Source: Promethearchaeota archaeon
GTDB taxonomy: Archaea; Asgardarchaeota; Lokiarchaeia; Sigyniarchaeales; SOKP01
Direction of reading: 5' to 3'
Assembly: GCA_016840085.1 (NCBI GenBank)
Contig: JAEOTA010000010.1
Coordinates: 1 to 50,108 of the forward strand
Length of the DNA: 50,108 nt
The number at the start of each line of letters is the position of its first letter. Within the stretch, counting starts at the first letter, position 1. Positions 35,597 through 46,237 of this stretch are shown here, in pieces. The notes under the pieces are model-generated. The model did no database searches, had not been told where the DNA came from, and saw only the letters and a list, made by a program, of their open reading frames with translations. Made by a program: the position numbers and the translations under genes.

Positions 35597-37864
35597 TTGA
35601 ATGATATTACCGAAAAAATTGAAGTGGAATTAAAAAATAATACAAAACTATGGCAAACAACTCTTGATGCTATAAGTGAGTCTATTTTTCTCATTGATTT
35701 AGATCATAAAATTCTCCAATACAATAGAGCAACTCTTGATATTTTAGGGAAATATAGACATAGAGAAATTATTAATCACACTTGTTGTGAATTGGTACAT
35801 GATACTTCAGGACCGGTTGAATGGTGCCCTGTGAATCGTATGCTGGACTCTGGTCACAGAGAAGCTACCGTTAGAAAAATTAAAGGAAGATGGGTTGAAA
35901 TTTCCACTAATCCTGTCTTTAATGATGAAGGTGAGATCACTGGAGCAGTTCATGTCATTGCGGATATTACATCACGAAAACAAGCAGAAGATGCACTACG
36001 AGAATCAGAACAACAATATCGTACAATTCTTAATTCTTTAATGGATCCTATGCATGTTATAGATAAAGACTTAAGAATTATATTTAAAAATCCAGCTATG
36101 ACTGAATGGCTTAATAAATTGAATATCAATTCAGACATAGTTGGTAAAACAGTTTTCGAGGCATTTCCTTTCTTAGTTTATGATAAAATCTATAATGAAT
36201 ATGATAAAGGCTTCAAAAGCGGTGAGCTTCTAATCACCATAGAAGCTTCTAAACTGTTTGATCGAAATGTATTTACTAAAACACTAAAAATTCCGATTAA
36301 AAGTGAGAGTGAAGTTAACCATATTATAACTACTTTAAGAGATATTACTGATCAGAAGGAAGCTGAAGTAAAATTAAAAGCATCTGAAGAAAACTATAAG
36401 AATATCATCAACAATCTCATGGATATTATAATAATTTTGGATTTAAAAGGGAATTTCCAATACATCAGTCCTCAAATCTATGATATTTCTGGATTTAAAC
36501 GAGAAGAGATTATTGGCAAAAATGGATTTAAGTTAATGCATCCTGATGATATAAGAAATGCTGCTGAAGTATTAAAAGAAGCAAGGGATAAGAAGAAGAG
36601 AGTGTATATTGAATACCGAACTATACATAAAGATGGTTACTATATAGATGTATCTGCAAGTGGGAAAATAGTGAATATTAATGGAGAAGACAGAATTTTC
36701 GCAGTCGTAAGAGATATATCTGATCAAAAAAGAGCAAAGCAAAAATTAAAAGAATCTGAAGAAATGTTTAGAACCATCACTGAACAAGCATTCATGGGGA
36801 TTTTAATCATTCAAGATGATAAAATTGAATATGTGAACAATGCTTTGCTCCATATATTTGAATTTTCTAATCAAGAAATCGATAATTGGTTAAAAGATGA
36901 TTTACTAAGGATAATTCATCCTGAAGATTTACAATTTCTAAGAAAATATCGACAAAAATTACGAGCAGGTGATCCTAATATAAAACCATATTATTCCTAT
37001 AGAGTATTCACTAAATCAGGCAAATTAAAATGGATTGATCAATTCTCAAAGCCTATTATTTATAAAGGAAAACCGGCAGAATTAGTTATAATTATGGATA
37101 TTACAGAAAAAAAGGAGGCTGAACAAGAATTAATAAAATTAGATAATCTAAAATCGGAGCTTCTCAGGAGAACTTCACATGAACTAAAAACACCTCTTGT
37201 TTCAATTAAAGGTTATTCTGACCTTTTGTTAAATGTGCAAAAAGAAAAACTTGATGATTATGTTCTTGCATCAATTGTTGAAATAAAACAAGGATGTGAA
37301 CGGCTTGAAAGTCTTATACAGGATATATTAAATACAGCTGAACTAGAATCAGGTACAATCCAATTGAAAAAAAAAGAAGAAGATTTATCTTTCTTAATAA
37401 AACTGAGTATAAGAGAATTGCAAGGATTAATAAATTTGAGGAATCATACAATTAATTTAAAAATTCACGATAAATTGGTTACCAGTTTTGAGCCAGAACA
37501 AATCCATCGAGTTATAAGTAATTTAATAAATAATGCTATAAAATACACTCCTCCTGATGGCATTATTGAAATTAAAACAGAAATTAGAGATAATGTCATT
37601 ATACTTTCAGTAAAAGACTCTGGAATTGGTATAACAAGAGAAGAAAAAGAAAGACTGTTTACTCAATTCGGGAAAGTTGAACGGTATGGTCAAGGACTTG
37701 ATATTATATCCGATGGATCTGGTCTTGGGTTATATATCTCAAAAAAAGTAATAGAATTGCATGGTGGAAAGATATGGGTTGAATCTGAAGGTAGAAATAA
37801 AGGCTCAACATTTTATTTCAGTCTTCCATTGATTATAGAAAATTCTGGTGGAACAATCCCTTAA
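35597..37864 (+). CDS. Multi-PAS sensor histidine kinase
   Basis: Four PAS/PAC-like repeats; SHELKTPL, NLINNAIKYT, DSGIG, GSGLGL. Confidence 0.93.
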   Translation: MNDITEKIEVELKNNTKLWQTTLDAISESIFLIDLDHKILQYNRATLDILGKYRHREIINHTCCELVHDTSGPVEWCPVNRMLDSGHREATVRKIKGRWVEISTNPVFNDEGEITGAVHVIADITSRKQAEDALRESEQQYRTILNSLMDPMHVIDKDLRIIFKNPAMTEWLNKLNINSDIVGKTVFEAFPFLVYDKIYNEYDKGFKSGELLITIEASKLFDRNVFTKTLKIPIKSESEVNHIITTLRDITDQKEAEVKLKASEENYKNIINNLMDIIIILDLKGNFQYISPQIYDISGFKREEIIGKNGFKLMHPDDIRNAAEVLKEARDKKKRVYIEYRTIHKDGYYIDVSASGKIVNINGEDRIFAVVRDISDQKRAKQKLKESEEMFRTITEQAFMGILIIQDDKIEYVNNALLHIFEFSNQEIDNWLKDDLLRIIHPEDLQFLRKYRQKLRAGDPNIKPYYSYRVFTKSGKLKWIDQFSKPIIYKGKPAELVIIMDITEKKEAEQELIKLDNLKSELLRRTSHELKTPLVSIKGYSDLLLNVQKEKLDDYVLASIVEIKQGCERLESLIQDILNTAELESGTIQLKKKEEDLSFLIKLSIRELQGLINLRNHTINLKIHDKLVTSFEPEQIHRVISNLINNAIKYTPPDGIIEIKTEIRDNVIILSVKDSGIGITREEKERLFTQFGKVERYGQGLDIISDGSGLGLYISKKVIELHGGKIWVESEGRNKGSTFYFSLPLIIENSGGTIP

Positions 37865-38019
37865 ACTTAGGGTATATGTCCTATGGTATTTTTGACAATT
37901 TTGAGTAATTTTTAAATTACTTGTTATTTTAATATATTTTATTAGTGTTTATGGAATTCACTCACAACCATAAAAATCAATTAAATTTTAAAGAAATTTA
38001 ATAGAGGTGAGATGATAGT

Positions 38020-38334
38020 ATGTTATTTATTACATATTGGGAATTAAATGAAGATTTTGATCCATCAGATTTAGCTGAAGTTGCTCAAAAAGTCATAAGC
38101 AAAAAGTTATACCCTACTGAAGGAGTTAATCAAATTGGATGGTATGCATCTACAGGGGATTTCTGGGGTATTACAATAACAGAAGCGGAAAGTGAAGAAC
38201 AATTGGTCAAAGACACTAATGTATGGAGAATGGCAAAACCAGGTTTATTTAAGTTTATTAAAACATCTCCTGCAATGGAACTCGCTAAAGCAATTCCTAT
38301 TCTGATAAAGCTTAAAAAACAACTCGAAGGATAA
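38020..38334 (+). CDS. Small DUF3303/GYD-like protein
   Basis: GAGGTGA RBS; MLFITYWE...GWY....WGITITEAESEE pattern. Confidence 0.6.
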   Translation: MLFITYWELNEDFDPSDLAEVAQKVISKKLYPTEGVNQIGWYASTGDFWGITITEAESEEQLVKDTNVWRMAKPGLFKFIKTSPAMELAKAIPILIKLKKQLEG

Positions 38335-38426
38335 GAAAAAAAGTTAGTATTAAAATCTATAATTTTTTTTTTTTAAAATTTAAAACCCTTAACTATTATT
38401 TAAACTGATAATTAACTATTTTATAT

Positions 38427-39044
38427 ATGCCAATTTCAAAAAAAGATGCTGTAAAACGAGCAGATTTAATTGTTAAAAAGGTTTTAAAAGAACATGACCT
38501 CCTTTCTGAAGTGTTACAAAGTGTCAGAGCAAAAGAAGACTCTATTAGATATCCAAATGCGATTGCTTTAGAGGTTCTAAGTGAAAAACATCCTGAGATT
38601 ATCTATCCTGAATGGGATTTCTTTTTAGACTTATTAAAAAGTAAAAATGCTTATCACAAATCTATTGCCATTTCTACCATTGCGAACCTAACACTCATCG
38701 ATGATAGCAAAAAATTTATTATGATTTTCAAAGAGTTTTTTGATCTTCTTGATAATAAAAGTGTGATAGTAACCAGAAAGTTAGCTATTTATTCAGGAAG
38801 AATTGCTAAAGCTAAACCGTCGTTGAGAACCAAGATTACAGAAATCTTGCTCCAGATCGATAAAACTAAACATAATCCAAATCGTAAAGATCTAATTAAA
38901 GGGGATATAATTGAAAGTTTCAGTGAATATTTTAAGGATATTACGGAAAAAAAGGAAGTATTAGATTTTGTGAAAGCTCAATTAAATAGTAGCAGCCCTA
39001 GCACAGTAAAGAAGGCTAAAGAATTCCTAAGAAAATGGGAATAA
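38427..39044 (+). CDS. HEAT/ARM-like repeat hypothetical protein
   Basis: Helical repeats (IRYPNAIALEVLSEKHPE, LLDNKSVIVTRKLAIYSGRIAKAKP, SPSTVKKAKEFL). Confidence 0.6.
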   Translation: MPISKKDAVKRADLIVKKVLKEHDLLSEVLQSVRAKEDSIRYPNAIALEVLSEKHPEIIYPEWDFFLDLLKSKNAYHKSIAISTIANLTLIDDSKKFIMIFKEFFDLLDNKSVIVTRKLAIYSGRIAKAKPSLRTKITEILLQIDKTKHNPNRKDLIKGDIIESFSEYFKDITEKKEVLDFVKAQLNSSSPSTVKKAKEFLRKWE

Positions 39045-39153
39045 TGAAGTAATTACTAAACCTCCCAATTTCTATAACAAAATCTCTTAATATTGTTAAT
39101 CCTTCTAAAGATCATACAAAATTTAATCATAAGTATATTATGGTGAGATTTAT

Positions 39154-40608
39154 ATGGTCGAGTTTAATCCACAAATTGTAAGCAAAGAAGAATTACGTGC
39201 GATTTCTGCTGGAGTTAATGAAGAAGAATTACTTTTATTTGATAAACATTGTTTAAATAACTATTATGAACAAAAAATATTGATTGAAGCAAAAGAACCT
39301 GGTTCTCCATGGGTTGTTGTAAAAGATTTTAAAACAGGGGAACAATCAGAAATAATAGATTGCACTTCTCAGAATTGGACTTTAGCATTGGGTTTTGCTA
39401 ACCCTGACGTAAATTATGCGGTTGCAGAACAAATGAAAAGATTGACTCATATAAAATCTGATGTAGTATCTCCCTCACGTGCAAAATTTATAAACAAACT
39501 ATCTGAATTATCTCCTGGTAGGTTAAAAGGAGGGAGAGTTCATCTAAATAATGAAGGTGGTAGTTTAGCAATTGAAGCTGCGATAAAACTTGCTTTAACG
39601 GCATCAAGAGGTGGAGAACAATTCTTAACTTTTCGAGGAGGATACCATGGAAACACCTTAGCTATGTTATCAGCATCTCAACCTTTCCATTCTATAACAA
39701 GGTTTAAATCATTTGGTGTGGATTCTTTCATAAGAATCCCCCAACCATACTGCTATCGATGTTTATGGAAATATAAAAATGGCTTAAATGGGAAAAAGGA
39801 TCCACACTGTAATTTGGAGTGCTTTGATTTAACAAAAGAATACTTAATGGGATTAACTACTAGAAAACTTGCAGGAGTTCTTTTAGAGCCTTGGCAAGCC
39901 GCAGGAGGGCACATTCCGTTTCCACCAGAGTTCCTAACAAAACTGAGAGAAATATGCGAGGAAGAAAACATTTTTATAATATATGATGAATCACAGACTG
40001 CTGTTTGGAGAACTGGTAAATATTTTACATTGACAGAAAAATATGAGAAAGAGTTAGGAATAGATGTTTCTCCGGATATGATGTGCTTTACTAAAGCTAT
40101 TGGAGGAGGTTTCCCTTTAGGAGCAATGGTAGCATCTACAAAGATTAAGAAAAGATTTACCGCATCAGAAGACCACACAACATTTTGTAATACACCAATC
40201 GGTTGTACCGCAGGGCTAGCTTCTATCATGGTCATAGAAAAGGCTAAAATTGGAGGAAATTGTGAAGAAAGAGGAGAACAAATCACTAAAAGAATAAAAG
40301 AGATCCAAAGCAATTATGAAGTTATTGGTGATATTCGTGGTCCAGGTTTGTTTGTAGGAATTGAATTAGTAAAAGATCAGAAGTCAAGAGAACCCTTTAC
40401 TGAATTGATGGAAGAAATGCTTCATGAGGGTGTAAGGCAAAATATTTATTTTGGACCTAGTATGCCATATTTAAGCGGAACAGGAAAATTATTAATGCGA
40501 AATCTGATCAAGATAAAACCACCACTCAATATTAGTTCAGACGATGCTGATTTTATCTGTGATAAATTCGAAAGTGTGCTGAAAGCATCAATTAATAATT
40601 TAAAATAA
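39154..40608 (+). CDS. Class III PLP-dependent aminotransferase
   Basis: GGSLAIEAAIKLA, GGYHGNT, LEPWQAAGG, YDESQTAVWRTG, FTKAIGGGFPLG, IRGPGLFVGIELV. Confidence 0.92.
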   Translation: MVEFNPQIVSKEELRAISAGVNEEELLLFDKHCLNNYYEQKILIEAKEPGSPWVVVKDFKTGEQSEIIDCTSQNWTLALGFANPDVNYAVAEQMKRLTHIKSDVVSPSRAKFINKLSELSPGRLKGGRVHLNNEGGSLAIEAAIKLALTASRGGEQFLTFRGGYHGNTLAMLSASQPFHSITRFKSFGVDSFIRIPQPYCYRCLWKYKNGLNGKKDPHCNLECFDLTKEYLMGLTTRKLAGVLLEPWQAAGGHIPFPPEFLTKLREICEEENIFIIYDESQTAVWRTGKYFTLTEKYEKELGIDVSPDMMCFTKAIGGGFPLGAMVASTKIKKRFTASEDHTTFCNTPIGCTAGLASIMVIEKAKIGGNCEERGEQITKRIKEIQSNYEVIGDIRGPGLFVGIELVKDQKSREPFTELMEEMLHEGVRQNIYFGPSMPYLSGTGKLLMRNLIKIKPPLNISSDDADFICDKFESVLKASINNLK

Positions 40609-40679
40609 ATATAAGAAGAACATTGAATTCAGTTCATATCATTTTACCTGATACCCCACCTCAAAATATAGGAACTATG

Positions 40680-41639
40680 TTACAGTCTATTATTCGATTT
40701 AATATGTAAATACTGAGTAGATTTTTTGCTAAATGAAAATTGTTTTTGTTCATATGGAATTAGTTTGATTAATGGCAAGAAATTCGCTAAATAGAGTGAA
40801 ATTCCTCTAATTTCCTTATTATTAAGAAAAAATTGTATTGATTCAAATTTTAAAAACCCAAATTGTCCAACTAGCTCATGTAAAGTTCCAATGTTATGAG
40901 ATCCTAAATATACCGAATGATATTTATCAGGTTTATGTTCTTGTTGGAAAAGAATGGTTCCAATTTTATAGTGAGGAATTCCACCATCTAATATACAATT
41001 TAAATGATTCACTCTTACCTTAACTCCGCAAATTGGAAACATTTTATGATAGAAGTGTTCTGGGAAATATGCTAAAATCATTTCTGGAAAAATAGAATGA
41101 ATTTCGATTGGAATTTGTGCTGTGTCTAGTTTTTCAATGGTTTCTGCTTTATTATCCCCATTTTCAATCGTTAAGGAAAAATTTTTACCACCTCTGGCGC
41201 GGATTGCATCGTTAAATGGTCTAAGTTCCAAGTGTAAATGTGGGCTAGACCAGTAAGCAAAATAACCATTGCGTATTGTTTTTCCTATTGGATCTCCTAT
41301 TTCAATTTTATCTCCTAATTGAATAAAAGGTTTAACATGCATCAACTTCCATACAATATCAGAATTTGAAAAATTACTAATTAAAATTAGATAATCAAAA
41401 TCAACTCCTTTCAAAAATTTCGGTTTTGGTGCTTTTAACTTTTTTATTTTTAATATTTTTCCAGCAACAGGACTCACTACGTTATAATTATCCAAAGTCA
41501 AATTGTGGTAAACATCAATAGCAAGACCATGTTGATGTGAATAATAAGGAGATGTTCCTATACTAAAATGGCTAGTCTTGGGTATTGATACTTGAATATC
41601 ATCCATTTTAACTATATTATAAAATTCAGATTTAGGCAT
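40680..41639 (-). CDS. M23 peptidase-like hypothetical protein
   Basis: HQHGLAID, SPVAG, MHV...GDKIEIGDPIG and PHLHLELR match the M23 zinc-ligand pattern. Confidence 0.6.
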   Translation of the reverse strand: MPKSEFYNIVKMDDIQVSIPKTSHFSIGTSPYYSHQHGLAIDVYHNLTLDNYNVVSPVAGKILKIKKLKAPKPKFLKGVDFDYLILISNFSNSDIVWKLMHVKPFIQLGDKIEIGDPIGKTIRNGYFAYWSSPHLHLELRPFNDAIRARGGKNFSLTIENGDNKAETIEKLDTAQIPIEIHSIFPEMILAYFPEHFYHKMFPICGVKVRVNHLNCILDGGIPHYKIGTILFQQEHKPDKYHSVYLGSHNIGTLHELVGQFGFLKFESIQFFLNNKEIRGISLYLANFLPLIKLIPYEQKQFSFSKKSTQYLHIKSNNRL

Positions 41640-41981
41640 GAAGAATTCAAGAAATTATTGAGTATCTGTTATATAAAGTAAATTAGTTATACTAAAAATA
41701 CCTTAATTTAATAATTTAAATTAATGCTAAAAATATCTTAATTACTATAATAGCCCAGTTTTTATTAGTAATAAAAATGAATAAAAATTTTCAAACTATA
41801 ATCTAAAAAATGAATCGGAAATACTTTCTGGAGGTTCCTAGTTGATATTATCAATATTATTTATCAATTAAAACAAATTTTTTTTTCAAAAAAACCCATA
41901 AAAGTCAAAATTTATTATCCATAGTTCCTTTATATAATTAGATATTTTAGAAGTGAAATATCTTTTTCAAAAATTAAAAAA

Positions 41982-42251
41982 TTGGTTTTTAAAGTGGTAA
42001 AAGGAACAGTAAAATGGTTTAATAGCCGAAAAGGCTATGGATTTATAAATTCTGAAGAAGGAGCCGACGTGTTTGTTCATTATTCCGCATTAAGTGGAAA
42101 AGATGACGAATATAAAACTTTAAACGAAAATGATAAAGTCGAGTTTGATGTTGTAGAGGGTCAAAAAGGACCACAAGCGAATAATGTTGTCGTTACCGAA
42201 AAAGCCCCTCCTAGCCCATATAGTAGAGGCAGAAGAGATTCTCGCTTTTAA
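41982..42251 (+). CDS. cspA: Cold-shock domain protein, copy 1
   Basis: [34 protein letters not shown]. Confidence 0.93.
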   Translation: MVFKVVKGTVKWFNSRKGYGFINSEEGADVFVHYSALSGKDDEYKTLNENDKVEFDVVEGQKGPQANNVVVTEKAPPSPYSRGRRDSRF

Positions 42252-42548
42252 TGTTATGAATTTTTATAAATCTACAAATAAGAAAAATATAATATAAGAA
42301 GTACATAATATTTTGTAAAAATCTCTTTTTACGATTGTTATCGAACCTTATCTTTTTTTTTAATTTTTTTATAAAATTATTTATCCTTAATTAATCTCTT
42401 GTCTAAATCTTTCAGCCTTATTGCATGAAATTATATCATTGAGGAATATTAATATAATTTTTAAAAGAAATATTTTATATTTATAGTATTTATTCATTCT
42501 GTTATATGATTAAAAAAAAATTAAATTTAGATGGTCGAAAGAAAAAAA

Positions 42549-42953
42549 TTAGATTAACATTTTATTTAAATCTAAATTTTCAGGGATTTTATTATTACGA
42601 GTTAACCAAGAAACTTCATGTTTTAAATATCTCCATGAAATCTCACACTTTTCTTTTTGATCCTTAACAGCTGTTTCAAACTCCCAAGGGTTGATTATGA
42701 CTAAATCTCCTTTTCTTATCCAGACTCGCTTTTTTATTTTTCCTCGGATTCTTCCAATACGATATTTTCCATCTTCGCAAAATACTCCCATTCTTTCCTG
42801 ACCATATATATCAGTAACTCGAGCAAACATCTCTCCATTTTTTCTATATGGCATTTTAATACGAGTCACTTCGGGAGTCGGAGAAGGTGTATAACTCCTC
42901 CTACCTCGTTTACTTTGTTTCTTTTTCATTTTTGGCATAATAGATTTACACAT
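42549..42953 (-). CDS. eif1a: Translation initiation factor aIF-1A
   Basis: GEMFARV...G...V.CEDGK.R.GRIRGKIKKRVWIRKGDLVIINPWEF...ISWRY, with a basic N-terminal tail. Confidence 0.92.
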   Translation of the reverse strand: MCKSIMPKMKKKQSKRGRRSYTPSPTPEVTRIKMPYRKNGEMFARVTDIYGQERMGVFCEDGKYRIGRIRGKIKKRVWIRKGDLVIINPWEFETAVKDQKEKCEISWRYLKHEVSWLTRNNKIPENLDLNKMLI

Positions 42954-43202
42954 ACTATTATTTTATTAATTATAACATTCCGATTTCCCAATAATATCTG
43001 ATATTAAAGTTCAAATATTTAATGTTTAAAAATGTAAATCGGAGAAACGTTTCGAATAAGAAATATTAATTTTTTGAATCTATAATATAAATTTGAAATC
43101 AAATTTGAAACATTTGTTAATAATTTAAAAAGAAAAAGATTATGTGCTTATTTAGTTTTTGTTTTTTAAGATTAATTAAAAAAAATTAAAAATTTAACTT
43201 AA

Positions 43203-43260
43203 TTAATGATCTTCTTTCAATTTTTCATAGAAATCCAGTGACTTAGGATTTCTTAGAATA
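43203..43260 (-). pseudogene. 3'-end remnant of an acetoacetate--CoA ligase gene
   Basis: Translates ILRNPKSLDFYEKLKEDH*, versus ALRNPESLDFYENIKDELK* at the end of 46238..48238. 43222-43253 matches 46260-46291 at 28/32 nt. Confidence 0.6.
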
Positions 43261-43443
43261 GTTATGGGGCAGTAATAATGATGAATGCTTCTTTAAAAAA
43301 ATATGTTTAAATTATTCATTCAGATCTTTTTAAGAATTAAAAAGAGAAAATCTTTTTCAAGTAATTTCATTCTGTGAAAACTAAAAAACTAAAACTTTAT
43401 TATTTCTAAATGGTTATTATTAAAATGTCTTTCTTCAAGAAAG

Positions 43444-43725
43444 ATGTATTTCAAAATCGAAAATTTGGTTTTAAAAGTGGTAAAAGGAACAGTAAAATGG
43501 TTTAATAGCCGAAAAGGCTATGGATTTATAAATTCTGAAGAGGGGGGCGATATATTTGTGCATTACAGTGCTCTAAGTGGGCGTGATGATGAATATGTAA
43601 CTCTCCATGAAAACGATAAAGTTGAATTTGATGTTGTTGAGGGTCAAAAAGGACCACAAGCGAATAATGTTGTCGTTACCGAAAAAGCCCCAAGATCTGA
43701 ATATAGCCGAGGTTATCGCATTTAA
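43444..43725 (+). CDS. cspA: Cold-shock domain protein, copy 2 (start probably TTG 43465 or a later GTG)
   Basis: Near-identical to copy 1 at protein and DNA level; differs mainly in the C-terminal tail. Confidence 0.93.
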   Translation: MYFKIENLVLKVVKGTVKWFNSRKGYGFINSEEGGDIFVHYSALSGRDDEYVTLHENDKVEFDVVEGQKGPQANNVVVTEKAPRSEYSRGYRI

Positions 43726-43726
43726 T

Positions 43727-45307
43727 CTAAACCAGGTTTATAAATCTTACAAAAGAACAAATCAAAATAAGTAGTAAATAATATCTAGTAAAATAATTTT
43801 TACATTTGTTATCGAACCTTATCTTTTTATTTTTTTTATTAATAAAGTTTACTATAGTTTGCTTCCAGACATTTATTCCTTGAGATTCTAAACGGTTAAT
43901 GATTTTCTCAATTTCCCTATTCTTCTCATGAACGATCATGGTATTTACAATATATAAATCCGTGAGAGATTGAAGATCTAATAATGAATCTGGAAGTTCT
44001 TTTATCGGATTATTATTTAACCATAGTATCTTTAATGATTTTAAATAACCGATATTTTCAGGCATAAACTTAATTTTATTATTACTCAAATCTAAAATTT
44101 CGAGATTTTTAAATTCAGAGTCAAAATTGGGAAATTCTTCCAAATGGTTGAAGCTTAATCCTAAGACTCTTAACGAATCCATTTCATCCATGTTTTTAGG
44201 TAAACTTCTTAATTGGTTTCCCCATATTGATAGGATTTCTAATTTTTTTAATCTAGAGATTGATTCAGGCAAAACTTGAATGAGGTTATGGTTTAGATGC
44301 AATTCTCTAAGGTTGATTAAGTATCCAATCTCATTTGGTAGAGTAATTATATGATTATCACTAAGATTTATTTTTTTTAGAGATTTTAAATTTCCTATTG
44401 ATTCTGGAAAGGATTTTATTCTATTTTCAGTCAAGTAGAGTTCTTGTAAGTTTTCAAAATTTCCTATCGAAAAAGGTAATATTTTTAATCCGCATCGATT
44501 AAAACTTAGGGCAGTAATTCTATTTTTTTCGTTTGAGAAACCTATATGAGTGTCCTTAGTAATAATACCCGTAGGTTTTAAACTATTGATTAAAAATATT
44601 TTCGAATGAATCAAATTCTCCTTGATGATGCCTAATACCGCATCAATTTCAATATCATCAAGAATAGAACTTTGTTTCTTCTTAAATTTCGTTTCTATTT
44701 GCTCAAAGAGTATTTCCATTAATAGTTCAATTTCCTCATTATTAAAGTATTCAAGATAATTTTCTCGAATTAAATATTGAGCAACATTGGTATGAACATT
44801 TATAAGTCTTTCAGCAATTTCGTCTTTAAAAACTCGTCTTGCTTTAGGATCTCCCACATCAGTCAATTTTTTGAGAAGTGGAAAGGCCAAATTACTATGG
44901 AGTAAACTTGTATCATATAGATTTTCAGACCAGGATTCTAAATTAGAACAATGCCCCCAGAATTCAATTTCAGGTATTAATTGATTATAATTCATATTAG
45001 TTTCTAAGGAGTGATCGAGTTTTTCACTGACATCATCGATCGACATGAAATCATCGAAATCCTCTAAATTATCTTTTGGAATCTCAATCAACAAATATTT
45101 ACATTGTAGAAATTTTTCATCCTTAACATAAATTACTGTTTTGCCTTTTTCAAGTTTTAATGTTATGAACTCATTTACCTTATACTCAGTTTCTTCTTTT
45201 TCTGTCGGTTTAATATCTTCAACTGAGTATTTGATTTTTGTTCCACACTTGCGACAGTAATTGTAAGTAGTTTTATTCCTTGTTCCACATTTAGGGCAAA
45301 AAAGCAT
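43727..45307 (-). CDS. Zinc-ribbon plus leucine-rich repeat protein
   Basis: CPKC...CRKC ribbon; central block EFWGHCSNL..W....YDT.LLHSNLAFPLLKKL; about eight LxxLxLxxNxIxxLP repeats. Confidence 0.88.
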   Translation of the reverse strand: MLFCPKCGTRNKTTYNYCRKCGTKIKYSVEDIKPTEKEETEYKVNEFITLKLEKGKTVIYVKDEKFLQCKYLLIEIPKDNLEDFDDFMSIDDVSEKLDHSLETNMNYNQLIPEIEFWGHCSNLESWSENLYDTSLLHSNLAFPLLKKLTDVGDPKARRVFKDEIAERLINVHTNVAQYLIRENYLEYFNNEEIELLMEILFEQIETKFKKKQSSILDDIEIDAVLGIIKENLIHSKIFLINSLKPTGIITKDTHIGFSNEKNRITALSFNRCGLKILPFSIGNFENLQELYLTENRIKSFPESIGNLKSLKKINLSDNHIITLPNEIGYLINLRELHLNHNLIQVLPESISRLKKLEILSIWGNQLRSLPKNMDEMDSLRVLGLSFNHLEEFPNFDSEFKNLEILDLSNNKIKFMPENIGYLKSLKILWLNNNPIKELPDSLLDLQSLTDLYIVNTMIVHEKNREIEKIINRLESQGINVWKQTIVNFINKKNKKIRFDNKCKNYFTRYYLLLILICSFVRFINLV

Positions 45308-45557
45308 TTTTCTTAATAAAAGCTATATTAAAAGCATGGTTCTTTTAGTTTATAAAAAACTAAGCTTATTTATAATTATTCTCTTACATATATTACTAAT
45401 AGAACTAAAAATAAAATTATTTCAAAGCTTTTTTCTTCTGAATATTTTATTATAAAATCTAATTCTTTTTGCTGTTTGAGATAACTATTTTGTTTAGAAG
45501 AAAAATATTAATATGTGTATTCACATAAATTCACATAGAACAAAAAAATTTAGAAAA

Positions 45558-45782
45558 ATGGCTAATATAACCTTATCAATCCCAGAAGATTTAAAAAAAG
45601 AGATGGAAGGATTCCCTGAAATTAATTGGTCAGAAGTCGCTCGAACATCTATTAAGCAAAAAATAGCTCATCTTAAATTCTTAAAAGGATTTCGTATGGA
45701 TAGTGAAATTACTCCTGCAAATGCCTTAAAGTTAGGAAAAGAAGTAAGTAAATTGTTAGGTGAGCGTTATATGAAGGAATAA
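45558..45782 (+). CDS. RHH/CopG-type antitoxin
   Basis: MANITLSIPEDLKKEM...INWSEVAR ribbon-helix-helix pattern, ending 2 bp before a PIN gene. The ORF-track start at 45513 is probably too long. Confidence 0.8.
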   Translation: MANITLSIPEDLKKEMEGFPEINWSEVARTSIKQKIAHLKFLKGFRMDSEITPANALKLGKEVSKLLGERYMKE

Positions 45783-45784
45783 CA

Positions 45785-46210
45785 TTGAAACTGGTAATTG
45801 ATGCTAATATTTTATTTGCAGCTTTAATTAAGGGAAGTTTAACTGCTGATTTAATTATTAGTGATGAGCTACAACTTTATGCACCAGAATTTTTATTAGA
45901 GGAATTTTCCAAATATCAAAACCGAATCATTGAAAAAACTCATAGATCAAAAGAAAACTTTGAAACTTTTTTGCAAGTATTAAAAGAATATATTGCTTTT
46001 ATCCCTCAGAAAAATATTACGCCCTTTCTTGAAAAAGCGAATGTATTTTCGCCAGATCCTAAAGATTCAGTTTACCTAGCCTTAGCCTTAGTACTCAAAT
46101 CTGCAGTCTGGTCGAATGACAAAAAACTAAAAGAAGAACAAAATCATGTGAAAGTTCTATCAACAGAGGACCTAATTAAAATAACTAGTATATTAAAAAA
46201 AAATAAGTAA
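45785..46210 (+). CDS. vapC: PIN-domain toxin (VapC-like)
   Basis: LVIDANIL, EE, DPKDSVYLALA, WSNDKKL. Confidence 0.88.
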   Translation: MKLVIDANILFAALIKGSLTADLIISDELQLYAPEFLLEEFSKYQNRIIEKTHRSKENFETFLQVLKEYIAFIPQKNITPFLEKANVFSPDPKDSVYLALALVLKSAVWSNDKKLKEEQNHVKVLSTEDLIKITSILKKNK

Positions 46211-46237
46211 TAAGAAGAAAGAAAATAATATTATTTG

